Below are positions 27,797 to 37,401 of a DNA stretch of 64,000 nt, in pieces. The DNA is taken from NCBI GenBank assembly GCA_036169735.1, contig JAVHNX010000033.1:27827-91826 (forward strand), read 5' to 3'. Under the pieces are notes generated by a model. The model was not told the DNA's origin. It did not search any database and saw only the letters and a list, made by a program, of their open reading frames with translations. Origin of the DNA: Minisyncoccota bacterium. Lineage in GTDB: Bacteria; Patescibacteriota; Minisyncoccia; Phycocordibacterales; UBA9973. Position numbers and translations under genes: made by a program. Position 1 is the stretch's first letter. Each line of letters starts with the position of its first letter.

Positions 27797-28354
27797 ATGG
27801 ATTTAGAAACAAAAATCGAAGCTATACTTTTTTGGAAAGGAGAACCAGTCTCTGTTGATAAACTCGTTGATCTTTTAAAAGTTTCAAAGGATGAAATCAA
27901 TTCTGCTGTAGTGTCTCTTACTGAGAAATTAGTTGGTAGAGGTATCGTTTTGTTGGCGCGAGAAGGGGAATTGACTCTTGGTACTAATCCAGAACTCTCT
28001 GATCTAATAGAAGGTATGCAAAAAGATGAGTTAAATAAAGACCTTTCAAGGTCGAGTCTAGAAACACTCTCAATCGTACTTTACAAAAATGGAGTAAGTC
28101 GAGCTGAAATCGATTATATCAGAGGGGTAAATTCTAGTTTTATTTTACGTGCACTGTCTGTTCGAGGATTGGTTGAAAAAACTGTTGATGAAAATGATAA
28201 TAGGCGTTTTATTTATAAACCAACACTTGAGTTGTTGTCATTTATGGGTGTAACTTCTCCAAAAGACTTGCCTGATTATGGCGATATAAATATTTCAATT
28301 GAAGCTGCTGCAAAAAATCTAGCAGAAGAGTTAAAAAATGAAACAGGAGTATAA
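27797..28354 (+). CDS. scpB: Segregation/condensation protein B
   Basis: IEAILF, LETLSIVLY, RAEIDYIRGVNS. Confidence 0.9.
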   Translation: MDLETKIEAILFWKGEPVSVDKLVDLLKVSKDEINSAVVSLTEKLVGRGIVLLAREGELTLGTNPELSDLIEGMQKDELNKDLSRSSLETLSIVLYKNGVSRAEIDYIRGVNSSFILRALSVRGLVEKTVDENDNRRFIYKPTLELLSFMGVTSPKDLPDYGDINISIEAAAKNLAEELKNETGV

Positions 28355-29237
28355 AAATAACAATCTTTTATATTTTGTTTTAATCATGATTGCCTTAGAG
28401 GCAATTTTGTTTTCTATTGGAAATTTTAAATTGAATACCGTTCTTTTAAAAGAAGAAAACAGAATTATAAATATTCAAAATAAATTTGCTGGTATTTCTG
28501 TTCAAGCAAAAGCATTTTCTGTGTATAATATAAATACAGGTCTTGAGATATATGGTAGAAATCAAAATATATCACTTCCTCTTGCTTCTCTAGCAAAAAC
28601 AATGACTGTTATAGTGTCACTTGCTAATCATGAGCCAGGTTCTATTATATTAATATCTCCTGATGCTATACGCCAGGCTGGGGATTATGGATTTTTTACT
28701 AATGAGAAATGGAAAATAGAAGATCTTGCAAAATTTACTTTAATTGGTTCAGCCAATGATGGAGCTTATGCTCTTTCTGGAAATAATAATGATTTTATAG
28801 AAGAGATGAACAAAAAAGCAAAAAAAATTGGTATGGAAAATACTTTATTTTTAAATCCAACTGGGCTTGATATTGTTGGTGTAGAAGTAGGCTCACCTGC
28901 AAAAGTAGGGGCTTATGCATCTGCGTTTGATGCAAACATAATGGCTGCATATGCCCTAAAGATACGCCCCAATATTTTTAGCTCAACAGTGTTGCCAGAA
29001 ATTAATTTAAAATCTGAATCAGGTTATAGTCATAATATTAAAAATACAGATATTGTTTTACATAAGATTCCAAATTTACGTTTTTCTAAAACTGGTTATA
29101 CAAATCTGACTGGAGGTAATTTAACGATTATCTTTGAAGATAAAAGTGGTCATGAAATAGCGATAACAGTCCTGGGCTCTACAATAGAAGGTCGTTTTTC
29201 AGATATGGAAAAATTAGTAAATGTATTATACTTGTAA
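28338..29237 (+). CDS. D-Ala-D-Ala carboxypeptidase (peptidase S11)
   Basis: SxxK (ASLAK), SxN (SAN), KTG; NPTGLD. Confidence 0.85.
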   Translation: MKQEYKNNNLLYFVLIMIALEAILFSIGNFKLNTVLLKEENRIINIQNKFAGISVQAKAFSVYNINTGLEIYGRNQNISLPLASLAKTMTVIVSLANHEPGSIILISPDAIRQAGDYGFFTNEKWKIEDLAKFTLIGSANDGAYALSGNNNDFIEEMNKKAKKIGMENTLFLNPTGLDIVGVEVGSPAKVGAYASAFDANIMAAYALKIRPNIFSSTVLPEINLKSESGYSHNIKNTDIVLHKIPNLRFSKTGYTNLTGGNLTIIFEDKSGHEIAITVLGSTIEGRFSDMEKLVNVLYL

Positions 29238-29239
29238 AT

Positions 29240-30292
29240 ATGTTACCAAATTTAGTTAAAATTTTCTTACCGACAGCCTTGTCCTTTTTCCTGGGTATTT
29301 TAATCACACCAATAGCCACACATTTTTTCTATAAGTATAAAATGTGGAAAAGATATTCAAGAGAATTGGATATTACAAATAGTGATTTTAAAAAAATACA
29401 TAATGAGGACAATGAATTAAAAACTCCAAGAGTAGGTGGTATCGTTATTTGGGTATCTGTCCTAATAGTGACTCTTTCCTTTTATCTTATTTCAATAATT
29501 TTTCCTTCAGATAATATGATTAAACTTAATTTTTTAAGCCGTAATCAAACGTTAATTCCGCTGCTGACTTTATTTTTAGGATCTTTGATTGGTCTTATTG
29601 ATGATCTTATTCAAATATATGGTACTGGTAAAATATCACGCGACGATAAATCTTGGCGTAAAATAAAAGCTTTACTTGTCGGCTTACTTTCTCTAGTTGT
29701 TGCAATATGGTTCTTCTACAAGCTTGGAATGCATTCTATTCATATTCCATTTGATGGCTTTTGGGAGCTTGGTTTTTTCTTTATCCCTTTCTTTATAATC
29801 GTATCCCTAGCTACTTTTTCTGGTGGTGTGATAGATGGTATCGACGGACTCTCTGGAGGTGTATTAGCATCAATTTTTGCAGCCTACGGAGCCATTGCAT
29901 TCGCAAATCATCAAATAGACTTAGCTGCTTTTTCAGGAGCAGTAACCGGAGCAATATTAGCTTTTCTTTGGTTTAACATTCCACCAGCTAGATTTTATAT
30001 GGGTGAGACGGGTATTATGGGACTTACAATAACTTTGGCGACATTAGCATTTTTAACTGATTCAGTTTTAGTTCTTCCAGTGGTTGCTCTACCACTCGTT
30101 TTAACCTCACTCTCAGTTATTTTACAAATTTCTTATAAAAAATTTACTGGAGGTAAAAGATTATTTAGACTCGCACCGATACATCACCATTTTGAGGCTA
30201 TTGGTTGGCCTTCCTATAAGGTTACTATGCGTTTTTGGATTTTGTCTGTTGTGTTTGCGATTATAGGAATAATTTTAGCAATTATTAGCTGA
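29240..30292 (+). CDS. mraY: Phospho-MurNAc-pentapeptide transferase
   Basis: TPRVGG, IDD, DGIDGL, FYMGETG, APIHHHFE. Confidence 0.92.
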   Translation: MLPNLVKIFLPTALSFFLGILITPIATHFFYKYKMWKRYSRELDITNSDFKKIHNEDNELKTPRVGGIVIWVSVLIVTLSFYLISIIFPSDNMIKLNFLSRNQTLIPLLTLFLGSLIGLIDDLIQIYGTGKISRDDKSWRKIKALLVGLLSLVVAIWFFYKLGMHSIHIPFDGFWELGFFFIPFFIIVSLATFSGGVIDGIDGLSGGVLASIFAAYGAIAFANHQIDLAAFSGAVTGAILAFLWFNIPPARFYMGETGIMGLTITLATLAFLTDSVLVLPVVALPLVLTSLSVILQISYKKFTGGKRLFRLAPIHHHFEAIGWPSYKVTMRFWILSVVFAIIGIILAIIS

Positions 30293-31395
30293 TGAGAGAA
30301 AAAAAACCAGATAGATTTTTTTTAGTAATAGTATTGATATTAATTTCTGCAGGAATGGCTATGTTTATTTCTGCGTCTCTTGGCATTTTTGCTAAAAATA
30401 AAGATATTTTTTATTCAGCACTTTTTAGTCAACTAGTTCTTGGCTTTGGCTTAGGACTTGTTGGAATGTATTTTTCTTACAAGATTGATTATAAATTTTG
30501 GAGAAAATATTCTTTTTATGTTTTTTTAGGCTCAGCAGTATTAACTGCCTTGGTTTTTGTACCGCATTTGGGTTGGAGTCACGGAGGAGCTACTAGATGG
30601 ATTGAACTTGGACCCGTTAGATTTCAACCTGCAGAACTATTAAAATTTGGATTTATAATATATTTAGCGGCATGGTTATCTTGGGCAAAAAGTAGAGTAC
30701 AAGATTTTAAATTTGGAATTTTACCGTTGTTCGTAATGATTGGATTTATCGCCTTAATTTTATTAAAACAACCTGATACTAAAAGTTTGATTTTAATTAT
30801 TGGGACTGGAGCTTCGATGCTCTTTATTTCTGGTGTTCCTTATAAATATATTTTGGGAACAATTGCTGTAGCAGCAGTCTTATTTGGTTTTCTTGTTGCT
30901 TTTACCCCTTATCTAAAAGATCGCGTTAATACTTTCCTAGACCCTTCGCAAGATCCTCGCGGGACTTCTTATCAACTCCAACAATCACTCATTGCTATTG
31001 GCTCTGGTGGAATATTTGGACGAGGATATGGCCAGAGTATTCAAAAATTTAGTTATTTGCCTGAACCGCAAGGGGATTCAATTTTCGCTGTTTTAGGTGA
31101 AGAGTTAGGTTTCATCGGAACTGTTGCGATGGTTTTACTTTATTCTTTTTTTGCCTTACGGGGAATGCGTATTGCCAATAATTCTCCAGATTTATTCAGT
31201 AGACTTTTGGTCTCTGGAATTGTTATACTGATTACAGCCCAGTCGTTTATGAACATTGCCTCTATTATTGGAGTTTTTCCTTTGACTGGTGTTCCGTTAC
31301 CTTTTATGAGTCAGGGAGGTACCTCACTCATGATTTACCTCGTTGCAACAGGTATCGTGCTTCAAATATCAAAGTTTCAGCAACAGAGTGCTTAA
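30292..31395 (+). CDS. ftsW: SEDS peptidoglycan polymerase FtsW
   Basis: GATRWI, FQPAE, LPE..DSIFA..GEE.G, TGVPLPFMS.GG; lies between mraY and murG. Confidence 0.9.
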   Translation: MREKKPDRFFLVIVLILISAGMAMFISASLGIFAKNKDIFYSALFSQLVLGFGLGLVGMYFSYKIDYKFWRKYSFYVFLGSAVLTALVFVPHLGWSHGGATRWIELGPVRFQPAELLKFGFIIYLAAWLSWAKSRVQDFKFGILPLFVMIGFIALILLKQPDTKSLILIIGTGASMLFISGVPYKYILGTIAVAAVLFGFLVAFTPYLKDRVNTFLDPSQDPRGTSYQLQQSLIAIGSGGIFGRGYGQSIQKFSYLPEPQGDSIFAVLGEELGFIGTVAMVLLYSFFALRGMRIANNSPDLFSRLLVSGIVILITAQSFMNIASIIGVFPLTGVPLPFMSQGGTSLMIYLVATGIVLQISKFQQQSA

Positions 31396-31426
31396 ATAAG
31401 TTATAAAATAAAAGAATAAAAAGATA

Positions 31427-32557
31427 ATGAAAATAGTTTTTACAGGAGGAGGGACAGGCGGACATTTTTATCCGATTATTGCCGTCTCTCAAAAAGTTAA
31501 CAAAATAATAGATAATGAAAAAATAATCGGAGCAAAGCTTTATTATTTTTCTGATAGTCCATATGACAAGGAAGCTCTTTTTGAAAATGGACTTGCTTTC
31601 GAAGAAGTAAGAGCCGGAAAAGTCCGTACATATTTTTCTTTCAAAAATTTTACTGATATTTTTAAAATGTTTTTTGGTGTGATAAATGCAATTTTTAAAA
31701 TATATTCTATTTATCCAGATGTTGTTTTTGGTAAAGGCGGTTATGCATCATTTCCGGCTATCTTAGCTGCCAGAATTTTAGGTATACCTGTTGTGATTCA
31801 TGAATCAGATTCTGCTCCTGGACGTGTAAATAAATGGGCCGGACGTTTTGCTAAAAAAGTAGCAGTTTCTTTTATTGAGGCAGCAGAATATTTTCCAAAG
31901 GATGTCGTTGCTTGGACTGGTCAGCCAATCCGAGTCGAAATAGAACATCCAGCTTTACGCGAAGATGCTCTTGATTATTTCAAACTAGAATCAGAACTAC
32001 CCGTTATATTAATACTTGGAGGTTCACAAGGAGCTGAACTTATAAACAACACTGTGCTTGATGCATTACCAAGACTTATTAAAAATTACCAAATTATTCA
32101 CCAGACCGGTGTTAGAAATTTCAAAATGGTCACAGGCAGAGCTGAGGTTGTCCTTACAAACAATCGAGATAAATCAAGATATTTACCTTACTCTTTCTTG
32201 AATCCTCTTGCGATGAAAATGGCCGCTGGAGCAGCTACTATTATAGTGTCACGAGCAGGCTCAGGACTTTTTGAAATTGCTTCTTGGGGAATACCATCAA
32301 TTTTAATACCGATAACCAAAACAAATTTAGATCATCAAAAGAAAAATTCCTTTAATTATGCTCGCGCAGGTGCTTGTAGTGTTATCGAAGAAATGAATAT
32401 GACTTCTAATATTTTAAGTTCAGAAATTGAAAGAATAACAGAAGATAAACAAATGTACGATAAAATGGCTGCAAGTGCTCGTGCATTTAACAAACCCGAT
32501 GCGGCAGCTAAAATCGCTCGAGCCCTCGTGGATATTGCTTTGAAACATGAAAAATAA
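31427..32557 (+). CDS. murG: Undecaprenyl-PP-MurNAc-pentapeptide GlcNAc transferase
   Basis: TGGGTGGH, GGYAS, GGSQGA, SRAG, HQKKN. Confidence 0.95.
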   Translation: MKIVFTGGGTGGHFYPIIAVSQKVNKIIDNEKIIGAKLYYFSDSPYDKEALFENGLAFEEVRAGKVRTYFSFKNFTDIFKMFFGVINAIFKIYSIYPDVVFGKGGYASFPAILAARILGIPVVIHESDSAPGRVNKWAGRFAKKVAVSFIEAAEYFPKDVVAWTGQPIRVEIEHPALREDALDYFKLESELPVILILGGSQGAELINNTVLDALPRLIKNYQIIHQTGVRNFKMVTGRAEVVLTNNRDKSRYLPYSFLNPLAMKMAAGAATIIVSRAGSGLFEIASWGIPSILIPITKTNLDHQKKNSFNYARAGACSVIEEMNMTSNILSSEIERITEDKQMYDKMAASARAFNKPDAAAKIARALVDIALKHEK

Positions 32558-32606
32558 TTTTTAAAAATTTCTTTTCTTAACTACTCAAAAATGTTAAGAT
32601 AAAGAA

Positions 32607-34022
32607 ATGGAAAATAAAGTTGTTACAAGATTTGCCCCTTCACCTACAGGCTTTATGCATGTCGGGGGAGTTCGAACTGCGTTGTATGCTTACCTTTGGG
32701 CTAGGAAAAATAACGGTACTTTTATATTGAGAATTGAAGATACTGACAAGGAAAGGGAAGTCGAAGGTTCTGTTGAACATATCATTAAATCATTAAAATG
32801 GTTGAATATTAATTGGGATGAAGGCCCAGATATTGGTGGACCGCATGCTCCATATTTGCAATCACAAAGACTTGATTCTTACAAAAAATACGCACAAGTT
32901 TTGATTGATAAAGGTTTGGCCTATCCTGATCCTTACACTGAAGAAGAAATTGAACAATTTAGAAATAAAGCTGAGCTAGAAAAGAAACCATTTTTGTACA
33001 GAGAATATCGACCAGAGACTTTTGGTGTTTGGGATGGTACTAGAGCTCTTCGTTTAAAAGTCCCGGAAGTTAAATCATACAAATGGCATGACCTTGTTTA
33101 TGGTGATTTGTCTGCGGGACCAGAAGCGTTGGATGATTTTATTTTAATTAAAGGTGATGGATATCCTACATATAATTTTGCTCACATTATAGATGATTTA
33201 GAAATGGGTGTGACTCATATCATGCGTGGTCAGGAATTTATTTCTTCTACTCCAAAATTTTTATCAGTCTATGATGCGTTAGGAATAACTCCTCCATTAT
33301 TTGCCACGTTGCCTCCTATTATGGGTCCAGATGGAAAGAAAAAATTAGGCAAAAGAGATGGAGCAAAAGATGTTTTGGACTATGGAAAAGAAGGTTACTT
33401 ACCAGAAGCAATGGTTAATTTCTTGGCTCTTTTGGGTTGGAATCCTGGAGATGAGCGTGAAATATTCACTATGCAGGAATTAGTAGATTCTTTTGATATT
33501 TCTCGTATTGGGCATTCTGGTGCACAACTAAACGATGAAAAACTTGATTGGATAAACAAAGAGCATATCAAAAAAATGTCTCTGGAAGATTTACAGAAAA
33601 ATATTTTTGAATGGTTACCAGAAAATATGAGAATACAAAAAATAATTCCAATTATTTCAGAAAGAATTTCGAAATTTTCTGATGTTAAAAAAATGGTAGA
33701 AGCAGGGGAATTGAATTTCTTTTTCAAGCAGCCCGAATATTCAAAAGAAAAATTAGTTTTTAAAAATACCTCACCTGAAAAAATAAATGAGAATTTGAAA
33801 TTAGCAATAAAGGCGTTTGAAGGTATCGATGAAAAAGATTTTACGGCAGAGAACATAAAGGCCTCTTTAATGAAAATAGCTGATACTTTAGAGAGTCGAG
33901 GAGAACTATTGCATCCTATTCGTTATAGTTTGTCAGGGTTAGATAAATCACCAGATCCTTTTATAATAGCTGATATTTTAGGAAAAAATGAAACTTTATC
34001 TCGCCTACAAAAAGCAATTTAA
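32607..34022 (+). CDS. gltX: Glutamate--tRNA ligase
   Basis: RFAPSPTG..HVGG, LRIEDTD, KLGKR. Confidence 0.95.
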   Translation: MENKVVTRFAPSPTGFMHVGGVRTALYAYLWARKNNGTFILRIEDTDKEREVEGSVEHIIKSLKWLNINWDEGPDIGGPHAPYLQSQRLDSYKKYAQVLIDKGLAYPDPYTEEEIEQFRNKAELEKKPFLYREYRPETFGVWDGTRALRLKVPEVKSYKWHDLVYGDLSAGPEALDDFILIKGDGYPTYNFAHIIDDLEMGVTHIMRGQEFISSTPKFLSVYDALGITPPLFATLPPIMGPDGKKKLGKRDGAKDVLDYGKEGYLPEAMVNFLALLGWNPGDEREIFTMQELVDSFDISRIGHSGAQLNDEKLDWINKEHIKKMSLEDLQKNIFEWLPENMRIQKIIPIISERISKFSDVKKMVEAGELNFFFKQPEYSKEKLVFKNTSPEKINENLKLAIKAFEGIDEKDFTAENIKASLMKIADTLESRGELLHPIRYSLSGLDKSPDPFIIADILGKNETLSRLQKAI

Positions 34023-35280
34023 GTTTATTCTAGTTGTTAGTTTGGTTCTTTTACCATTCGTTTTTTCTTATGCTCAAACAGCAGTAGAATTAAATAATAA
34101 AATAAATCAAAAGAACAATGATATTGCGGCACTAGAAAAAGAAATTAAACAATACCAACTACAGTTAGATGACCTAGGAAAACAAAAAAGTTCTTTAAAT
34201 GGTTCTATAAAAGAATTAGATTTAACACGTAAAAAATTGGTTGCCGATATGAATATTACTCAAAATAAAATTGATCAAACAAATTTTAAAATACAAGGTT
34301 TGAGTTTTCAGATTGGTGATAAAGAAGAAATAATACAAAATAATACCGAGGCTATAAAAATTGATATTAGAAAGATAAATGAAATTGAACTTGATTCTAT
34401 TACTGAAAAACTTCTCTCTGAGGTTAAAATTAGTGATGTGTGGAACGATATTGATAATATGGTGACTGTTCGTGATAAAATTAGAAAGAATATTATTGAT
34501 TTGAAACAAGTAAAAACTGAATTAGAGTTTACAAAAAAGAAAACTACTGATGCTAGAAATGAATTGGTCTCTCTTAAAAATGAACTTGCTGACCAGAAAA
34601 AAATTGTAGATCAAAATACAAATGACAAAAAGAAACTTTTGGCACAGACTAAAAATAATGAAACAAACTATCAGAAACTTTTAAAAGATAGGTTGGCTAA
34701 AAAAGATGCGTTCGAAAAAGATTTACGTGATTATGAATCACAACTAAAATATATTCTTGATCCATCAAAACTTCCAGGAAGTGGAGTATTGAGCTGGCCA
34801 CTAGATTATATTTACGTAACTCAATTATTTGGTAAAACTGAGGCTGGTAAACGTCTATATGCCAGTGGTTCACACAATGGAGAAGATTTCCGTGCACCAG
34901 TCGGTACACCTGTGAAAGCTATGGCAGATGGCATTGTGGCAGGAACAGGAGATACTGATTTACAGTGTCCAGGGGTCTCATTTGGGCGTTTTGTGCTTAT
35001 TAGATATGATAATGGACTAGCAAGTACTTTTGGTCATTTTTCCCTTATTAAAGTAAAAACAGGAGAAAGAGTTTCTCGTGGTCAGATAGTTGGTTATAGT
35101 GGAAATACTGGATATTCAACCGGCCCACATTTACATGTCTCTGTTTATGCTCGTGATGCTGTTAATTTACAGACTCTACCAAGTAAGTCTTGCCCTGGTC
35201 ATGTTTTAACTCAACCAATATCTCCAATTAATGCTTATCTTGATCCGTCTTACTATTTACCTCCTTACAAAAAACCATAA
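33988..35280 (+). CDS. Coiled-coil M23 peptidase (murein hydrolase)
   Basis: Signal peptide, long coiled coil, HNGED, GNTGYSTGPHLH. Confidence 0.88.
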   Translation: MKLYLAYKKQFKFILVVSLVLLPFVFSYAQTAVELNNKINQKNNDIAALEKEIKQYQLQLDDLGKQKSSLNGSIKELDLTRKKLVADMNITQNKIDQTNFKIQGLSFQIGDKEEIIQNNTEAIKIDIRKINEIELDSITEKLLSEVKISDVWNDIDNMVTVRDKIRKNIIDLKQVKTELEFTKKKTTDARNELVSLKNELADQKKIVDQNTNDKKKLLAQTKNNETNYQKLLKDRLAKKDAFEKDLRDYESQLKYILDPSKLPGSGVLSWPLDYIYVTQLFGKTEAGKRLYASGSHNGEDFRAPVGTPVKAMADGIVAGTGDTDLQCPGVSFGRFVLIRYDNGLASTFGHFSLIKVKTGERVSRGQIVGYSGNTGYSTGPHLHVSVYARDAVNLQTLPSKSCPGHVLTQPISPINAYLDPSYYLPPYKKP

Positions 35281-35327
35281 ACAATTTTATATTGTTTTGG
35301 TTTAATGATTGGTGGTATAATTAAGGT

Positions 35328-35471
35328 ATGAATATAGAAAATAAAGAAGGAGGATTTTTACGATTAATTATCTTTATTATTGTAGTTGTGTTTTTGATGA
35401 GCTATTTTCATATTACTCTAAGTGGAGCTTATAACTGGTTCGCAACCATGTTTCATAATGTTGTTTCATAA
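35328..35471 (+). CDS. Small membrane protein (47 aa) with prepilin-like N-terminus, absent from ORF track
   Basis: MNIENKEGGFLRLIIFIIVVVFLMSYF...; TGgTATAAT 6 nt before ATG. Confidence 0.7.
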   Translation: MNIENKEGGFLRLIIFIIVVVFLMSYFHITLSGAYNWFATMFHNVVS

Positions 35472-35473
35472 AT

Positions 35474-35821
35474 ATGAAAAACTTAAAAGCTACAAGTATT
35501 TTTGCTAAATCAAACAAAAAAGGAGGAATAAGTATTTTAGGGGTTGTCCTTTTGACAATTGTTCTAATTTTTGTTTTGTCATTTTTTAAGATAAATTTGA
35601 AAGCAGTTGTTGAAAGTCCAGATGCACAAAACAATTTACAGTATGTTGGTTATACAGGCAGAAGTTTATGGAATGATTATCTAGCTAAACCGATAGCAAA
35701 TGTTGTGGGAGATCTTAAACTAAAAACTGTTTGGGACGCCTTTATATCAAATATGCAAAGAATCCACGATGGTCAACCTACTGATTTTCAAAAACTTGCA
35801 CCAACTGTCGATGTAAAGTAA
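35474..35821 (+). CDS. Hypothetical membrane protein with prepilin-like KKGG|I-hydrophobic start
   Basis: 115-aa ORF with one TM helix. Confidence 0.75.
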   Translation: MKNLKATSIFAKSNKKGGISILGVVLLTIVLIFVLSFFKINLKAVVESPDAQNNLQYVGYTGRSLWNDYLAKPIANVVGDLKLKTVWDAFISNMQRIHDGQPTDFQKLAPTVDVK

Positions 35822-35859
35822 CTGTTGACAACTCTCTACCTGTAAGTTAAAATATAGGT

Positions 35860-36058
35860 ATGAATCGAATAAGTGATCAAAATGGGTGATTCATCCAAGC
35901 GATCATTTCTATCATCATCACGATAGTTTTATTTTACTTTGTTCTAACTGCTAGTTTTTCTAAATATTTTATTGATTCTTTCGTATCAAATATGCAAAGA
36001 ATTCACGATGGTCAACCTACTGATTGGCCTAGCTGCGCCTTCAGTTTTATTTAAGTAA
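35860..36058 (+). pseudogene. Decayed paralog of 35474-35821
   Basis: Shares SNMQRIHDGQPTD; in-frame TGA at 35887-35889 in NG*FIQ; frameshift after TDW (other frame gives LAAPSVLFK*). Confidence 0.75.
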
Positions 36059-36166
36059 TTCTCCTTTATTATAGATACTATGTCGCAAAGATATATTGTG
36101 CGACGTCCCTATAATATAATCCCCTTTGAATATATACTTTAAATATAGAGATTATAAAGAGACCTT

Positions 36167-36544
36167 TTATTTACACGAGCTTGAGAGTTCATACCCACTC
36201 TGTTCAGCCTCAGTTGATGAACTAAAATAAATTCTATTTTCTTCTTTAATGGTTTTTCCTGCAGAGCATCCGATTGAATAATATTTTTGTCCCCTTTTGG
36301 AAGCAAAATAATTTTGAGAGGTTTTTTGTGTGATATTAGAATTGGGAGTTTTAGGTATTGTAGACTCCGTTGATCTTATAACACTAGCTTCTTGGTTTTC
36401 GTATGAAATTTGTATACCAGATGATGAGTTACCTTTAGATAGTCTACCTATTCCAAATGAGCCTAAACCTACTAAAATAACGATAATAACCGTCAAAATA
36501 TCCTTTCCTTTGTCGCTTTCTATAAAATACTTGATTTTTTCCAT
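36167..36544 (-). CDS. Membrane-anchored hypothetical protein with small C-terminal Cys domain (Ada metal-binding-like)
   Basis: TM helix then ASKRGQKYY..C..I.EENRIYF...AE..GY...C. Confidence 0.7.
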   Translation of the reverse strand: MEKIKYFIESDKGKDILTVIIVILVGLGSFGIGRLSKGNSSSGIQISYENQEASVIRSTESTIPKTPNSNITQKTSQNYFASKRGQKYYSIGCSAGKTIKEENRIYFSSSTEAEQSGYELSSSCK

Positions 36545-36614
36545 AGAATTGTTTATACTTGATTTACATTTCTTATAGAAGAATTTTAGCATTAAATAAC
36601 ATAAAAGCAATTAT

Positions 36615-36890
36615 ATGGCACATAGAAAAGCCGGCGGAACCGCCAAAAATTTAAGAGACTCAAACCCACAATACTTAGGTACTAAACTTGCTGATGGTCA
36701 GAAGGCTCAGCCTGGTTCTATTATTATCCGCCAGAGAGGTACAGCTATCATGGCTGGTACTAATGTCGGTATTGGTAAGGATCATACCCTTTTTGCTCTA
36801 AAGACTGGTACAGTCAAATTTGGATCTAAACGAAAGACATCCTTCAATGGTAAAACTGTTGTAAAAAAAGTTGTAAACATAGTCTTGTAA
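36615..36890 (+). CDS. rpmA: 50S ribosomal protein L27
   Basis: [28 protein letters not shown]. Confidence 0.97.
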   Translation: MAHRKAGGTAKNLRDSNPQYLGTKLADGQKAQPGSIIIRQRGTAIMAGTNVGIGKDHTLFALKTGTVKFGSKRKTSFNGKTVVKKVVNIVL

Positions 36891-36898
36891 ATATTAAA

Positions 36899-36930
36899 TA
36901 AAAAAATTCCCCTTTCGGGGAATTTTTTTA
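36899..36930. terminator. Bidirectional terminator between rpmA and rplI
   Basis: taaaaaaattcccc-tttc-ggggaattttttta. Confidence 0.8.
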
Positions 36931-37374
36931 TTATAATTTTTCGATGATAAGCTTAAAAGAAGATTTTTTACCCTTTATCTGAATAGGGATTTCGAACTCC
37001 CCTATTTCTTTAATTGGTTTTTCCAGGATAATAAATTCTTCATTTATTTCAGCGCGATGTTCTATTCTCATTGCTTCTGCAATTTCTTTTTTATGAATTG
37101 CAGAGAAGAGATTTCCTTTTTCATTCGATTTACCTTTTATAGTAATTACTTTTCCTTTTATTTCTTCAAGATTTTTCTCTAAGAGTTCCTCTTGAATCTC
37201 CCTTTCAACTATAATCTCTTTTTTACGCTTTTCAAGTTCAAGTACTGCTTTTGGTGTCGCGATGACTGCAAGTTTCCTAGGTAATAAGAAATTTGCAGCA
37301 TAACCATCATTTACCTCTTTTATGTCGTGTCTTTTTCCAACTTTCGGAACATCACTCAATAGAATTACTTTCAT
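36931..37374 (-). CDS. rplI: 50S ribosomal protein L9
   Basis: MKVILL.DV..VG, V.DGYA.NFLLP, PIKEIG. Confidence 0.95.
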   Translation of the reverse strand: MKVILLSDVPKVGKRHDIKEVNDGYAANFLLPRKLAVIATPKAVLELEKRKKEIIVEREIQEELLEKNLEEIKGKVITIKGKSNEKGNLFSAIHKKEIAEAMRIEHRAEINEEFIILEKPIKEIGEFEIPIQIKGKKSSFKLIIEKL

Positions 37375-37401
37375 TTTTTTTATTTCGTTTATTTAGTAAT
37401 A

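Noticed and set aside
35887-35889. TGA read as Gly (code 25)
   Set aside because: TGA terminates mraY and other genes, long ORFs lack in-frame TGA, and this ORF has a second lesion; a nonsense mutation is simpler.
36082-36104. gtcgca...tgcgac hairpin
   Set aside because: A 6-bp stem with no second copy seen; too weak to call.
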